Shown here: piece after piece, positions 13,211 to 23,510 of the stretch
Position numbering within the stretch: position 1 is the stretch's first letter
Layout: every line of letters starts with the position of its first letter
Assembly: GCF_009834535.1 (NCBI RefSeq)
Contig: NC_045696.1
Span: 58,282,001-58,346,000 of the forward strand
Direction: 5' to 3'
From: Camelus ferus
Taxonomy: Eukaryota
DNA: 64,000 nucleotides
Notes under the pieces: model-generated
The model's database searches: none
What the model was told of the DNA's origin: nothing
What the model saw: only the letters and a program-made list of their open reading frames with translations
Position numbers and translations under genes: made by a program

Positions 13211-13734
13211 GGTGGAACAAAGGGGAGGGAATCTTTGCTCTCAGCCAGAGGGACCCTGGATAATGTGCCCGCTCACGGCGGAAAGTTTAGACACTCATAA
13301 ACCAGCCAGCCTTGAGAAGGAAGATGTGGCAGGTGATAATTCTGCTCAAGGTAATGGATCAGAAATGTTTTCTGAATCCACTGTGGGCTGAGAAGCAAAG
13401 ATATTAACAGGTTTGCCAAGAGCTGACAGGAATAATGTCATGTTCACCTCTGATCAGCCCCTATGCCTGTTTGAATGAATAAACCAGAGTCTCCCATCCT
13501 GAGCGCCCAGTGGGGAAAGTTCACACACTGCTCCGAGAGGGCGGTGTGCTTCTGCCGAAGAAGCGAAGAAGAAGCGTCCCGAGGCTTTTGAGAAGGCAGG
13601 TGGGATGGGGTGAGAGGCACGTGGACTTGAGCAGAAAGGGTGGCTCTCTCGCTAAAATAATCAACAGACACTCCCAGCGGGAGCAGTGCCAGGCACCGTG
13701 CTCCTAGTCCATTGCACCCCGCTGCCTCCCTTCT

Positions 13735-13870
13735 CTTTAATAATAATAACAATGACAACAACAATAGCACCAGTAACTACTTCATAGATTTGTTGTGAAG
13801 AAATCTCAAGAAAGTGATGGCACTGTGAGTGCAGTAAGTGCTCACCAAACGCCTGCTGACTGAATGAACT
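13735..13870 (+). mobile_element. MIR 3' half
   Basis: 'tacttcatagatttgttgtgaag...agtaagtgctca'. Confidence 0.6.
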
Positions 13871-16800
13871 CACTGAGGGACCGGCCATGGCTGGGTCCCT
13901 TCCCAGTCCGGATAGGTTTGAGAAGAGTCTCTTCCCTCTCCAGGCAGAAAGTTCTTAAATTGTCTAACTTGCCTTCCTCCTCCTGCAACCTCAACCCTCT
14001 TACTCCACTGTCTATGATGACAGGGGATAGGACGGCAGTGGGGGGGACCTGTCTACGATACCGGTTCTCCAGTACTTCCAGGAAACCACAGTAACAGACC
14101 TCTTAGAGTCACGCATTTACACTGTGGAGGGTGTGCACCGACTTAACGTATGATCTATCCAAATCAACGCAACTCCAAATCACGTGGTAACATAATGAGT
14201 TCTGCTGCCCCATGGACAGCATGCCAGCCCTTCTCCCTGCCATCCAGCGCACTCCTGCTTCCTCCCCTCATTCAGTTGTGTGTGTGCAAGACTCAGCCTG
14301 GACCAGCCATCCCCGGAACTCGAATCAAATAAAAACAGTTCTTGGATTATATACTATTTTGCATGATCTGTGCTAGGGTCTGACTTTATTCAGCTCTTCA
14401 TTTAATCCACTAGCTCCAGATGATCTTGCTGATGCTCTTGGGCAAATAGGTCCAGCACTGGCGAGAGAGGAGTCAGCGAGAGTGGTGGGGATGCTGGGTT
14501 GGGTGCAGTTGCAATGACTCAGCAGGAAGGAGAATGTCAGGGATCACATGTATCCCCTCCCTTTGATAGGCTCTTGCTGGTCCTCACAACCACAGCCCAT
14601 CAGATCCCCTTTGAAGTCTGGAGGCAGTTTGCCTTCCCTTCCATTTAACAGATGAGAAGCTGGAGGCCTTGAGGGTGGCCACAGATCCAAATGTTCAGAG
14701 TGAAAAGTTCACCCAGATCTGTCCTTCCCCCTGCACCCTCTCCGGCTCCTGGATGAGCCCTTCCTCAGGTCAAGCCTGGAAGGTTCATACTGCTTAAGGC
14801 TCTAAGCAATTTGGGGTGGGGAGCCTGAAACCGAGAAAGCCTCCACCGATTGACGACAGCTTATTAAGTGTCTACATACCTTGTTTCAGAAATCTGGGAG
14901 CTAGAAGTGACTAAATGCCAAGGTCTCTAGAAAAATCACTCTTAATATCCTCTTTGGGGAGTGAGCAGTATCGAGACCAGGACAGGAACAGAGAAATGAC
15001 GGCTACTCACCCCAGTCTGGGTCCCTGGCCTCCCTGGCTCCAGGTTATGCTCAGATCACATTTTGTCCTTCTCTCCCCTCCTACCCTCAGCTTCTCAGTC
15101 ACAGGTGCCAAGTGGGCCTGTGTCCCCAGACCCCTGAGAGGAGCCAGCCAATGAGCTGCCAAGTCCAGGGTACATGAGCTAGACCAGCTCAGCTTCTGAG
15201 ATGCAGCCAGCCGAGGACAGGACCCCAAACCTCCGTGCTGCAGGGGTGTCTCCTTCCCCACCCCAAGGTGAGTAGGGCAGAGCCTGGCTGGCTGAAGCAG
15301 GTGCTGGAGCCTGCCCCTCCCCTCTTGCAGAGAGGAAGAATGAAAAGGAGTGGAGTGGGGGTGGGGGAGTGTAATAAAGACAGGGACTACAGGGGAACAA
15401 AGGAAAATGAACAGTTCACCTGTTAAGGTCGTGAAATGGAGGATGCTTTTATTCTTTTGGTTTATGTTACTGCTCTTATGATGGTGTTTGGACAACAAAT
15501 AAAACAGTGAAGGGATAAGAGGCTGGAGTCTGGGGAGTTGTGTGATGCTGCAAACTTGGTGGGCTGCAGATTCACAGGGCGGGCAGACAGCATGGAGCCC
15601 TGCGTGGAGGGAGGCAAGGAGGCACGGAATGATTCCGGGATTCCTCAAACCCCTCCCCGGTTTCCTCTTGGAAGACTGAGAGTTTTCCTCACCAGGCTGA
15701 GTTCCTGGTGATCTGGGTCCTGCCAGCTCAGATTCCTGAATTTCCGAAACAGAACTGCGTTCCTACTCATCGGGGCAAGGTCATAGGCCAGCTGGGAGCA
15801 GGCTGCCATTCCCTGTGCACACCACATCAGCACCCATATCCATCTGGCAGTAAGTGGTTGGCTGAGGGAAGCTGGGAGAAAGAACTCAGGCACAGCATTC
15901 CCTGTCTGCTCTCCACACATGCCTCCTGCTACAGCCCAGGGAGAAGGCTCACGAGTGGGCGACTGATGGGGTGGGGTAGAGAACACGGCCCTGCAGCCCC
16001 ACTGTGGGCCCCAGTAAGAAGACTTTCGGGGAACTGCTCCCATCCTCCCTTGCCAGGTGAGCCCCATCTCTCTTGCACAGACAGGAGAAAGATAAAGATG
16101 AGGCCTGGGAGTGCATCACCACCACTGCCCCAAACACACCCCCAGCATGCAAGTGTGCATGTGGGTGCACAGTGACCTGTGTGCATGCACACGCTCAGAT
16201 GCCTGAGAACCAGACTCATTCCCATGAGGTCTCCCCTGCAGGTGCAATAATGGAGCCTCACTGTTGCCTCAGCCCTTGGCACCTACAAAGCAGGTCACTG
16301 GTCCTTCTAGTTTGGGGGTGGGGGACAGGGCACATGCTCAAGGACCTTTTAGGTGGACAGGCCTTGGGGCCTGGTGGGAGGCAGAACAGAACTTTAGCCT
16401 TGGGCCAGGGGATGAAAGACAAGGAGGGGGTCTTTAAGAGAAGTACAGTGAGTTCTTTCTGACCCGGTATAAAAGCAGCCCTTCTTAGAGACAGAAAGAT
16501 GGTCAAGCTCTGACAAAGCCCTTCCAGTGCTTAATGAATGTCTCTCTTTAAACCTGGTCATTGGTGCCAAAGCCCCTTAAGCTCTGCATTCATGGAGCCC
16601 TGTTATAATAAGAATAACAGCTAACAGGCTTACTCTTTGCAGACATTTTTCTGTAAGGACTTTATTACTCACCCTGCAGGTCTTGCCCCTCCCCCCATCC
16701 CATCTCCCCTTCCACGATGGGACTGTCTGGGCAGAGAGTGGCCCGGGTTGGGGCCTGTTGGAGGAGCATTTGAAATGCAGGAATTCTGGGGAGGTGCGTG

Positions 16801-17209
16801 GAAGTATCCTCTGCTCAGGCCCAAGAACAGCAGGGCATAGATGGGTGTGGGAGGCAGTGTCATTTTTCTCCAAGAAGCTTTAGTCAAGTGCCTGCAGGTG
16901 TGGCCGGCAGGCAGCTGTGGGGAGCTGGGACTCCACACACTGGATGAGGAGGGACGGAGATTGGGCACCAGGCCGGGGGTGGGGGCGGAGGGAGGCACAG
17001 CTGAGCCTGGGCCTGCCAGGAACACAGCCAATGCGGCTGCCAGGGAAGGAAAGTGGTGGACTGCTCCCCTGTCCAGAGGTGCCTCTCCTGGCTCAGGCCT
17101 TGGCCTGGGCAGGGGAGCTGCCAGGAACACTGATGATGACCTGAAACGGTGGGGACCAAGGCAGGGACCTGCTGGCCTCCTCCTCCAGGCCTCCCTCCCT
17201 GCCTTTGTG

Positions 17210-17410
17210 TGAGCACTCGCACAGCCCTGGGTTCACAGCCCAGCCTGGCCCTTTCTTCACCTCTCCCAGTTGGTTTCCTCATCTGGAATACCATGCAGGG
17301 CAAAGTGGAGATTAAAAAGATGATGTTTGCAAAAGTGCACAGCGCTGGCTGGCACCTAGAAAGCACTCAGTACACGTCAGCCATTATTTTATCATCATTA
17401 TTTGTGCTGT
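17210..17410 (+). mobile_element. MIR SINE
   Basis: 'ctgggttcacagcccagc...gtttcctcatctggaata...ctggcacctagaaagcactcagta'. Confidence 0.7.
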
Positions 17411-17479
17411 GATTATGTGGACCCTCCATAGAGCTCATGCCAGACGCTCAGAATAGCCTCCCAGGTATGCTCCCTATCT

Positions 17480-17835
17480 TTCATCTCTCCTCTCCAATCC
17501 AGTCCTGCTTGGAGCTGCCAGAACAACAGTCAATGGCAGAGAAGATTTGGTCCCATTATCCTGCTTCTAATAAACCTCCACCAGCTCCCCATTGCCTACA
17601 GGATCTAATGCAAACGCTCTGTCCATCTGGCACAAACTAGTCTTCTTGCCTCCTCTCTGGCCATTCCCTCTCCATCCCCACCTCCTCAGCTCATGCCAAA
17701 TCCCCTCAGGCACCTGCCCACCTCTGTGCCTTGGCCTCTACTGTTCCCTCCATGCAGAATGCCCCCTTCTCCCATGACAACCTCCCATCCTTCAAGGCTC
17801 ACACAAATGCTCGCTCTTCTGCAAAGCCTATTCTG
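17480..17835 (+). mobile_element. L2 LINE fragment
   Basis: 'taaacctccaccagctccccattgcctacagga...ctgttccctccatgcagaatgccc...atccttcaaggctca'. Confidence 0.7.
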
Positions 17836-17875
17836 ACCCTTGCACAGTTAATGGTTCCTCTGCTGACAGATGCAG

Positions 17876-18026
17876 CAGTGGTCTCTGTACCAGCAGCATC
17901 TGCATCCCCTGGAAACTTGTCAGAATGCAAATTCTCAGGCCCCACCCTAGACCTACTGGATTAGAAAGTCTGGGAAGGAGACCCAGGAATCCAGACTCTG
18001 ATGCATTCTCAGTTGGGAAACCACTG
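17876..18026 (+). mobile_element. MER5A
   Basis: CAGTGG...CCACTG termini; 'ggaaacttgtcagaatgcaaattctcaggccccaccctagacctactg'. Confidence 0.85.
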
Positions 18027-18086
18027 GGGTAAGGTGCCCATCCCTTCAGGTGGTTGCCTGGTACACAGAGAGAAGTGAAAGGTTAG

Positions 18087-18455
18087 ATCAGATCACCTGG
18101 GTAGCTGTGAAAATCTACTGCTGCCTGGGCCGCACCTGCAGAGATCCTGATTGAATTGGTCTAGGGTGGGACCTATGCATCCACATGTTTTTCTCCCAAA
18201 CTTTTATAAATATTTTCAAACATATAAAGCAGTTAAAAGATTGTACAGTGAACACCTGTCTGCCTACCACCTAGGTTCTATCATCAACATTTTGCTGTAG
18301 TTGCTTTATCACGTATCCATCCATCATCCCTCCACCCATGAGTTCATCCATTTTATTTTTTGATACATTTCAAAGTTGCAGACATCAGACACATCACCCA
18401 AACACACGTAAGTGATTTAAAAACCCTCCAGGTGTTTCCACAGTGCAGCCAGAGC
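18087..18455. mobile_element. MER5B-like element interrupted by an antisense L1MC-type 3' fragment (about 18195-18405)
   Basis: MER5B text 'cagagatcctgattgaattggtctagggtggg' resumes as 'aaaccctccaggtgtttcc' after L1 text 'atattttcaaacatataaagcag...catttcaaagttgcagacatca'. Confidence 0.65.
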
Positions 18456-18673
18456 TTCTCTGCTCTCAGCTGGGAAGCTCTGCCCACCTCCTAGCCTCAG
18501 TTCCCATTGTGAAGTTAGGGTTAGATAATGATGGATGATGATGACGATGCCTGCTCTGCCTCTCTATTCTTGCAAGGATAAGATAAGATCACACCTGAGA
18601 AAGCCCAAGTAAAGGGCTTTGCAACTAACAGGATACAATTGCTGACTCCAGGCTGGAGAGAAAAGAGCTGTCA

Positions 18674-18862
18674 TAGGTTGTTAGATAAAATAAGGGATAT
18701 TCAGTGAAATCTGAATTGCAGAGAGATGACAAATGATTTTTTTAGTATAAGTATGCCCCAAATATTGCATGAGACATACTTATGCTAAAAAAATGTTTCA
18801 TTGCTTATTTGAAATTTAAATTTCACTGGGCGTCCTGTATTTTTATTTGCTAAGTCTGGCAA
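18674..18862. mobile_element. MER53 palindromic DNA-transposon MITE
   Basis: Near-palindrome 'tttttagtataagtatgcccca-aatattgc-atgagacatacttatgctaaaaa'; ends 'ggttg..agataaaata' and 'atttgctaagtctggcaa'. Confidence 0.9.
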
Positions 18863-19063
18863 GAGGGTCAGGACCCTCCACCCAGAGAAGAGTCAGGGCT
18901 AGGCAACAACACCTACTGCTCTGCCCAGCCAGCCTCTCTGATGCCTTGGAGCATGTGACTGCAGAGCTAGTGCTGGTGGGCAGGGCCAGGCAGGGGTCTG
19001 CTCAAAGCTGTCATCTGCCCAGGTGTGACTGTGATGGCTGGGGCCTTGCATACAACAGGCCAG

Positions 19064-19533
19064 TGTATTAATCAGTGTTCTCTAGACAAACAAAACCATC
19101 AGGATCTATCTAGCTCTAGCTCTAGCTCTAGCTCTAATGGGAAGGGAGGGAGAGGTAGATGTGAGAGAGAGAGAGAGATTGATTTTAAGGAATTGGCTTT
19201 GTGTTTATAGAGGCTAGCAAGTCCAAAATCTGCAGGGTGGGCTGGCAGGCTGAAGACTCAGGGAAGAGCAGATGTTACAGTTCAAGTCTAAAGGCCATCT
19301 CCTGGCAGAATTCTCTCTTGCTTGAGGAGAGGTCAGTCTTTGTTCTATTCAGGACTTCAACTGATTGGATCAGGCCCACCCACATTATACAGGGCAATCT
19401 GTTTTATTCAAAGTCTACTGGTTTAAATGTTAATCTCATCCAAAAACCTCCTCACAGAAACATCCAGAATATTGTCTGACCAAATATCTGGGCACTGTGG
19501 CCCAGCCAAGTTAATACAAAATTAACCATCACA
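19064..19533 (-). mobile_element. MLT2 (ERVL) solo LTR with internal (TCTAGC)n and (GA)n
   Basis: TG...CA ends, 'ttcaactgattggatcaggcccacccacatt', 'aaaattaaccatcaca'; flanks gccag/gtcag resemble a TSD. Confidence 0.88.
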
Positions 19534-19539
19534 GTCAGC

Positions 19540-19718
19540 AACTCTCATTTAGGGCACAAAAGTATCACTTGGGGAACTCATTAAAATGCAGATTCCCCAG
19601 GCTCCACCCAGAGAGTCTGATGCACTAGGTCTGGCGCAGTGCCCAGGAGCTAGCATTTTAACCATCATTCCAGATGGTTCCAATCCAAAAGCTCCATGGG
19701 CCCACTTTGGGAAGCATG
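19540..19718. mobile_element. MER5-family element
   Basis: 'ttaaaatgcagattccccaggctccacccagagagtctgatgcactaggtctgg'. Confidence 0.7.
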
Positions 19719-22131
19719 GCAGTTGGACTCAATAAATACGTGCCGACTACAGGAATGCCGAAGGCGATAGTGTGGGTGGGAAGGCGTCCAAGCCAGGACT
19801 GGGCCACCCCTGCAAGGCTGTGCCCTGAGGTCTCTGGTGCGGATGCAGTGATGGCGGATGAGGGAATCTGCCAGCTAGTCCCACCCCCGGAGGGATCCAC
19901 AGCAGTGGTTGCAGACGGAGGACATGGAGGGACCTAGAGGGCAAGACTTGTGCCTACACCAGACCTGGCGCTAATCCACAGGGCGAACCCCTGAAACTCT
20001 CCCCACCCTACTCAGACCCCGGAGTGCCCCTCTCTCTCCCATATGAGTAGAGTTGGTGGACGTGCTCGGGCCTCTCACGAGCCGATGAGATCATGGCTCA
20101 GGAATCTGTGCGCAGTCGGTTGCCCCTGAAAAGAACAGCTCACTCAGCTGGGGAAGCGAGCAACTGAATGTTCACAGGCCGGCGGGGGAGGTAGGGTGCG
20201 GGCTGCGGGGACCCACAGCACCCCAGACACCAATCAGCTAGCATTCTTCCTTTCCTGCAGAAAGAGGAAAATCGATCCAGGACAGTAAAAGCCCATATGA
20301 CACAGCTTGTTTTTCAATGGACTTCCATAGACCATGGGTCAGAGTTATGTCCCTGAAAACCGTAAGAGCTAAACAGTACCAGTTTGGGAGTGGAGGGAGT
20401 TAGGCAGAAAGAGAAACTCGGTGGTGGGTTAGGCTTGTCTCCCAGCACCGGCATCCCCCTGAAACACAGGGGGATGGAGGCCTCTGCGAGTGGTCTAGAG
20501 TGAAGCCCTGCGGGGTAGAGCGGAAGGACAGGGCTTTGTGCTGGAGGACTCAGCCATCCTCAGCGCTCTGCAGGGGCCTGACTTGGAGCATGTAGGTGCT
20601 CCAGAAATGCATGTGCAGCTCAACTGGACCCAGGGCAGGAGAGGAGGCTGATGGCTGCTCCTTCTTCCAGCCCCCTAGGCCCCCTGGTACCGAGTCCTGC
20701 CACTCTGGGCTGTCCTGTTCCAGCCACCTTTGTGTAATCTCAAGGCCATGCTCCCTTCAGCCCCAACATCCTGCCCAAGTCTTGTTGACTTTCGTCAGCC
20801 AGCCCTGTGATTACCTGACAGCACAGTGGCTGGGAAGGGGGTTCAGAGGGAGTTGTGCGGTGCAAAGAATACCTCGAAAAGAAAGGCTGAAGGACTGGGA
20901 CTCTGCAGCTTGGGAAAAGAACAAGAATATCAATGGGATGGGGTGGTGGTGGGGAGAACAAAACCCTGAAGACTCTGAAGGGCAATCACCTAGAGGGGAT
21001 TACCAGAAACACCGGGCACTCTAGGACAAAGCAAGGCAGAGAAAGCAGGAGACAAATCAGAACGGACGCCCTGGAGCGGACCCAGCCCCCTTCACCTCTG
21101 AGCACTCAGGCTGCCTGCAGGAGGAAACACGGCTCCGCCTGACAAGGCCCCCAGAAGCAGCCCACAGCCCAGCATCCCCCGAACGCCCATTGTGGCCCCG
21201 TCATCCATGAACATTTCCACACTCTCCCTGAGTCTATTCCTATATTTAGCTTATGCCACCTCTGGGGGTTATGAGTTCCATATAAGTTTACTACCTGCTG
21301 TGTAAATAGCACTTACTTTCATTTGCGCTAAAGCTGCCTTTTGCCAGCTTCAAGGGCTGCCCGTCGCCTTGTTCTGATTTTAGGGACTTTGTTGGTCAAC
21401 TCCACATGTCACCACAGCCTTAACAGGTGAGGGGATTCACGGCTGGGATGGCCCCCACCGCACGCTTCCTTCCTGCTAGAGCGCTGGTAGGCTTTCAGTC
21501 TCGCCTCAGACACACACCCCCTTAAAGAAGGAACAGGGACACACGTCCAGCTTTGCCCAGGTCAGACCCAAACACCAGCCTGCTTCCAACACCCTCAACC
21601 ATAATCCTGGCTGTTTGGCTGGTCTTTTTGTCCAAACTAGCACACTGGGCCGAAGCCTTTAGGGGAGGGTTTCCAACAGCTCCTGAGATGTGCTGGGCTG
21701 TGTTCTAGCACTGGCAACTCCCAACTGGTGGACATGACGAAGTATTTTCCCTAAACGTGTAGCCTTACCTACAGGGTAAGGTCAAGCTGACCTCTGCTGG
21801 GAAACACCCACCAGCAGACCTGACAGTTCATCACTTGGAAGCTTTTGATGCCATCCACATTTTCTATTGGATTCTGCTATTGGCCTCTCCCCATGCAAAA
21901 AACTATCATTTCCTTTCTGTTTTGTTCTTAAGCCAGCCTCTGACTCATGACACAAACCTCTGCTGTCCCAGGATGAGTTACTGAGGTGTGGGTCCAAGGG
22001 ACCCCGGAAGGTCTCCCTGTCCCCAGTGAGGGACGCAGGCAGGGCAGGGGTGAGTGCTTCAAGTCCAGGGTAAGGCCCCTCCTCTGGCTAACAGGGCTCT
22101 TCCCAGAGGTGGGGCAATGGCTCAAATTATC

Positions 22132-22492
22132 ATTTTTCTATTGTACTGAAATATACACAACATTAACTTACCATTTTAACCATTTTTAAGTGTGTGGTGG
22201 CATTAAGTACATTCACACTGCTACCATCGGGACCATCCATCTCCAGGACTTTCTTCATCTTCTCCAACCGAAACTCTGTACCCATTCAATCCTAACTCCC
22301 CATTCCCTGCTCCCCACAGCCCCTGGTGACCACTATTCTACTTTCTGTCTCTACAAATTTGGCTACTCTAGGTAATTTGTGTAAGTGGAATCATCTATTA
22401 TTTGTCCTTTTGTGACTGGTTTATTTCACTCAGCATAATGTCTTCAAGGTTCATCCATGCTGTAGCATGAGTCACCGAATTATTTTTTAAGG
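22132..22492 (-). mobile_element. L1MB-type LINE 3' end
   Basis: 'ttaccattttaaccatttttaagtgt...cattaagtacattcaca...gtaagtggaatcat...atttcactcagcataatgtcttcaaggttcatccatg'. Confidence 0.88.
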
Positions 22493-22493
22493 C

Positions 22494-22512
22494 ATGTCAC
22501 CAGATGGCACTT
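22494..22512 (+). promoter_or_regulatory. Candidate CTCF site
   Basis: ATGTCACCAGATGGCACTT compared with the core CCASYAGRKGGCRS; one mismatch in the core. Confidence 0.45.
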
Positions 22513-23169
22513 TGGAGGCTGACGAAATAGGGATGGACACAGTTCTAGGAGTGGCACCCATGTGAACACACTTGGCTCTCGCAGGTCCAGGTGTGTAAGT
22601 GCCCCTGCATTTGCACACTCCTCCACGTGACCTCCACAAATCCCTCCTGCTCTTTAGGAGCAGTTCTCAGACCTCCTTGTGCCATGGAGACCCCTGAAGA
22701 GCTGGTCACACCGCAGGTTGTGGGCCTCTGGAGACTCCTATTGGGTGGAGCGCAGCTGGCGATGCTGAGTGGGGGACGGGGTGCCTCAATGGGAGACGTG
22801 CAGTCACAGGGCTGCTGCACAAGGGAAGGACCCGATGCCAGCCAGAGCTCCTGTGCAGCCAGCCTGACCTGGATGGCTGCTTGTGAAAACCAACGGGGGA
22901 GGGCTCTGTCCGGAAATCGGGCCACCACGTCCCCAAGGGCACGCCTGGCCTGTGAGAGTCAGCTCTAACTCCCTACGCCCTTCCCACTAGACTGACCCCT
23001 GGACAGCGCACACCAAGAGCAAGGGAGTCTACGGGGAGAAGAGGCCACGCAAGGAGTTCCGGGGAGTACGGGCAGAACAAGACAGGAAGAGCAAGGCTGT
23101 CACACAGGCAGAGCTGGACGTGAGCCATAAGCGTGACATCGGCCACTGGTTTTCCGAGCAGAGACAGAG

Positions 23170-23510
23170 AGCACTTGTGGAACAGGGAAGGCTCCTCAGA
23201 GGCGGTGGCCCTTGAGCTCGACAGCATCCTGACAGTAGATACAGAAGAGGAAAGCGAGGCGTGGCTTTGGGAGCCAGCCAGGATCTGCTGTGACATGGAG
23301 GGACGGAGAGACTCTGAATCAGGATTCTGGGTACAGTTCCAAGTGCTTTGCATTTAGCCCTGTGACTGTGGCGCTGCAGGCTGTCGTTCCTCATGTCAGG
23401 AGCCAGGCTGGAGTGATGGGAGAGGAGGTTGGGACCATACTATGGAGGGCCTTGAATGCACTTAATTCAGGGAGAAGCTGGGAGCCATTCAGTGTTCTAG
23501 AACAGAGACT
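23170..23510 (-). mobile_element. L2 fragment
   Basis: 'cagggaaggctcctcagaggcggtggcccttgagct' and 'tggagggccttgaatgc...gggagccatt' are typical antisense L2. Confidence 0.55.

Noticed and set aside
22990..23012. REST/RE1-like GGACAGCGC
   Set aside because: Right half-site only; the left CAGCACC half is absent
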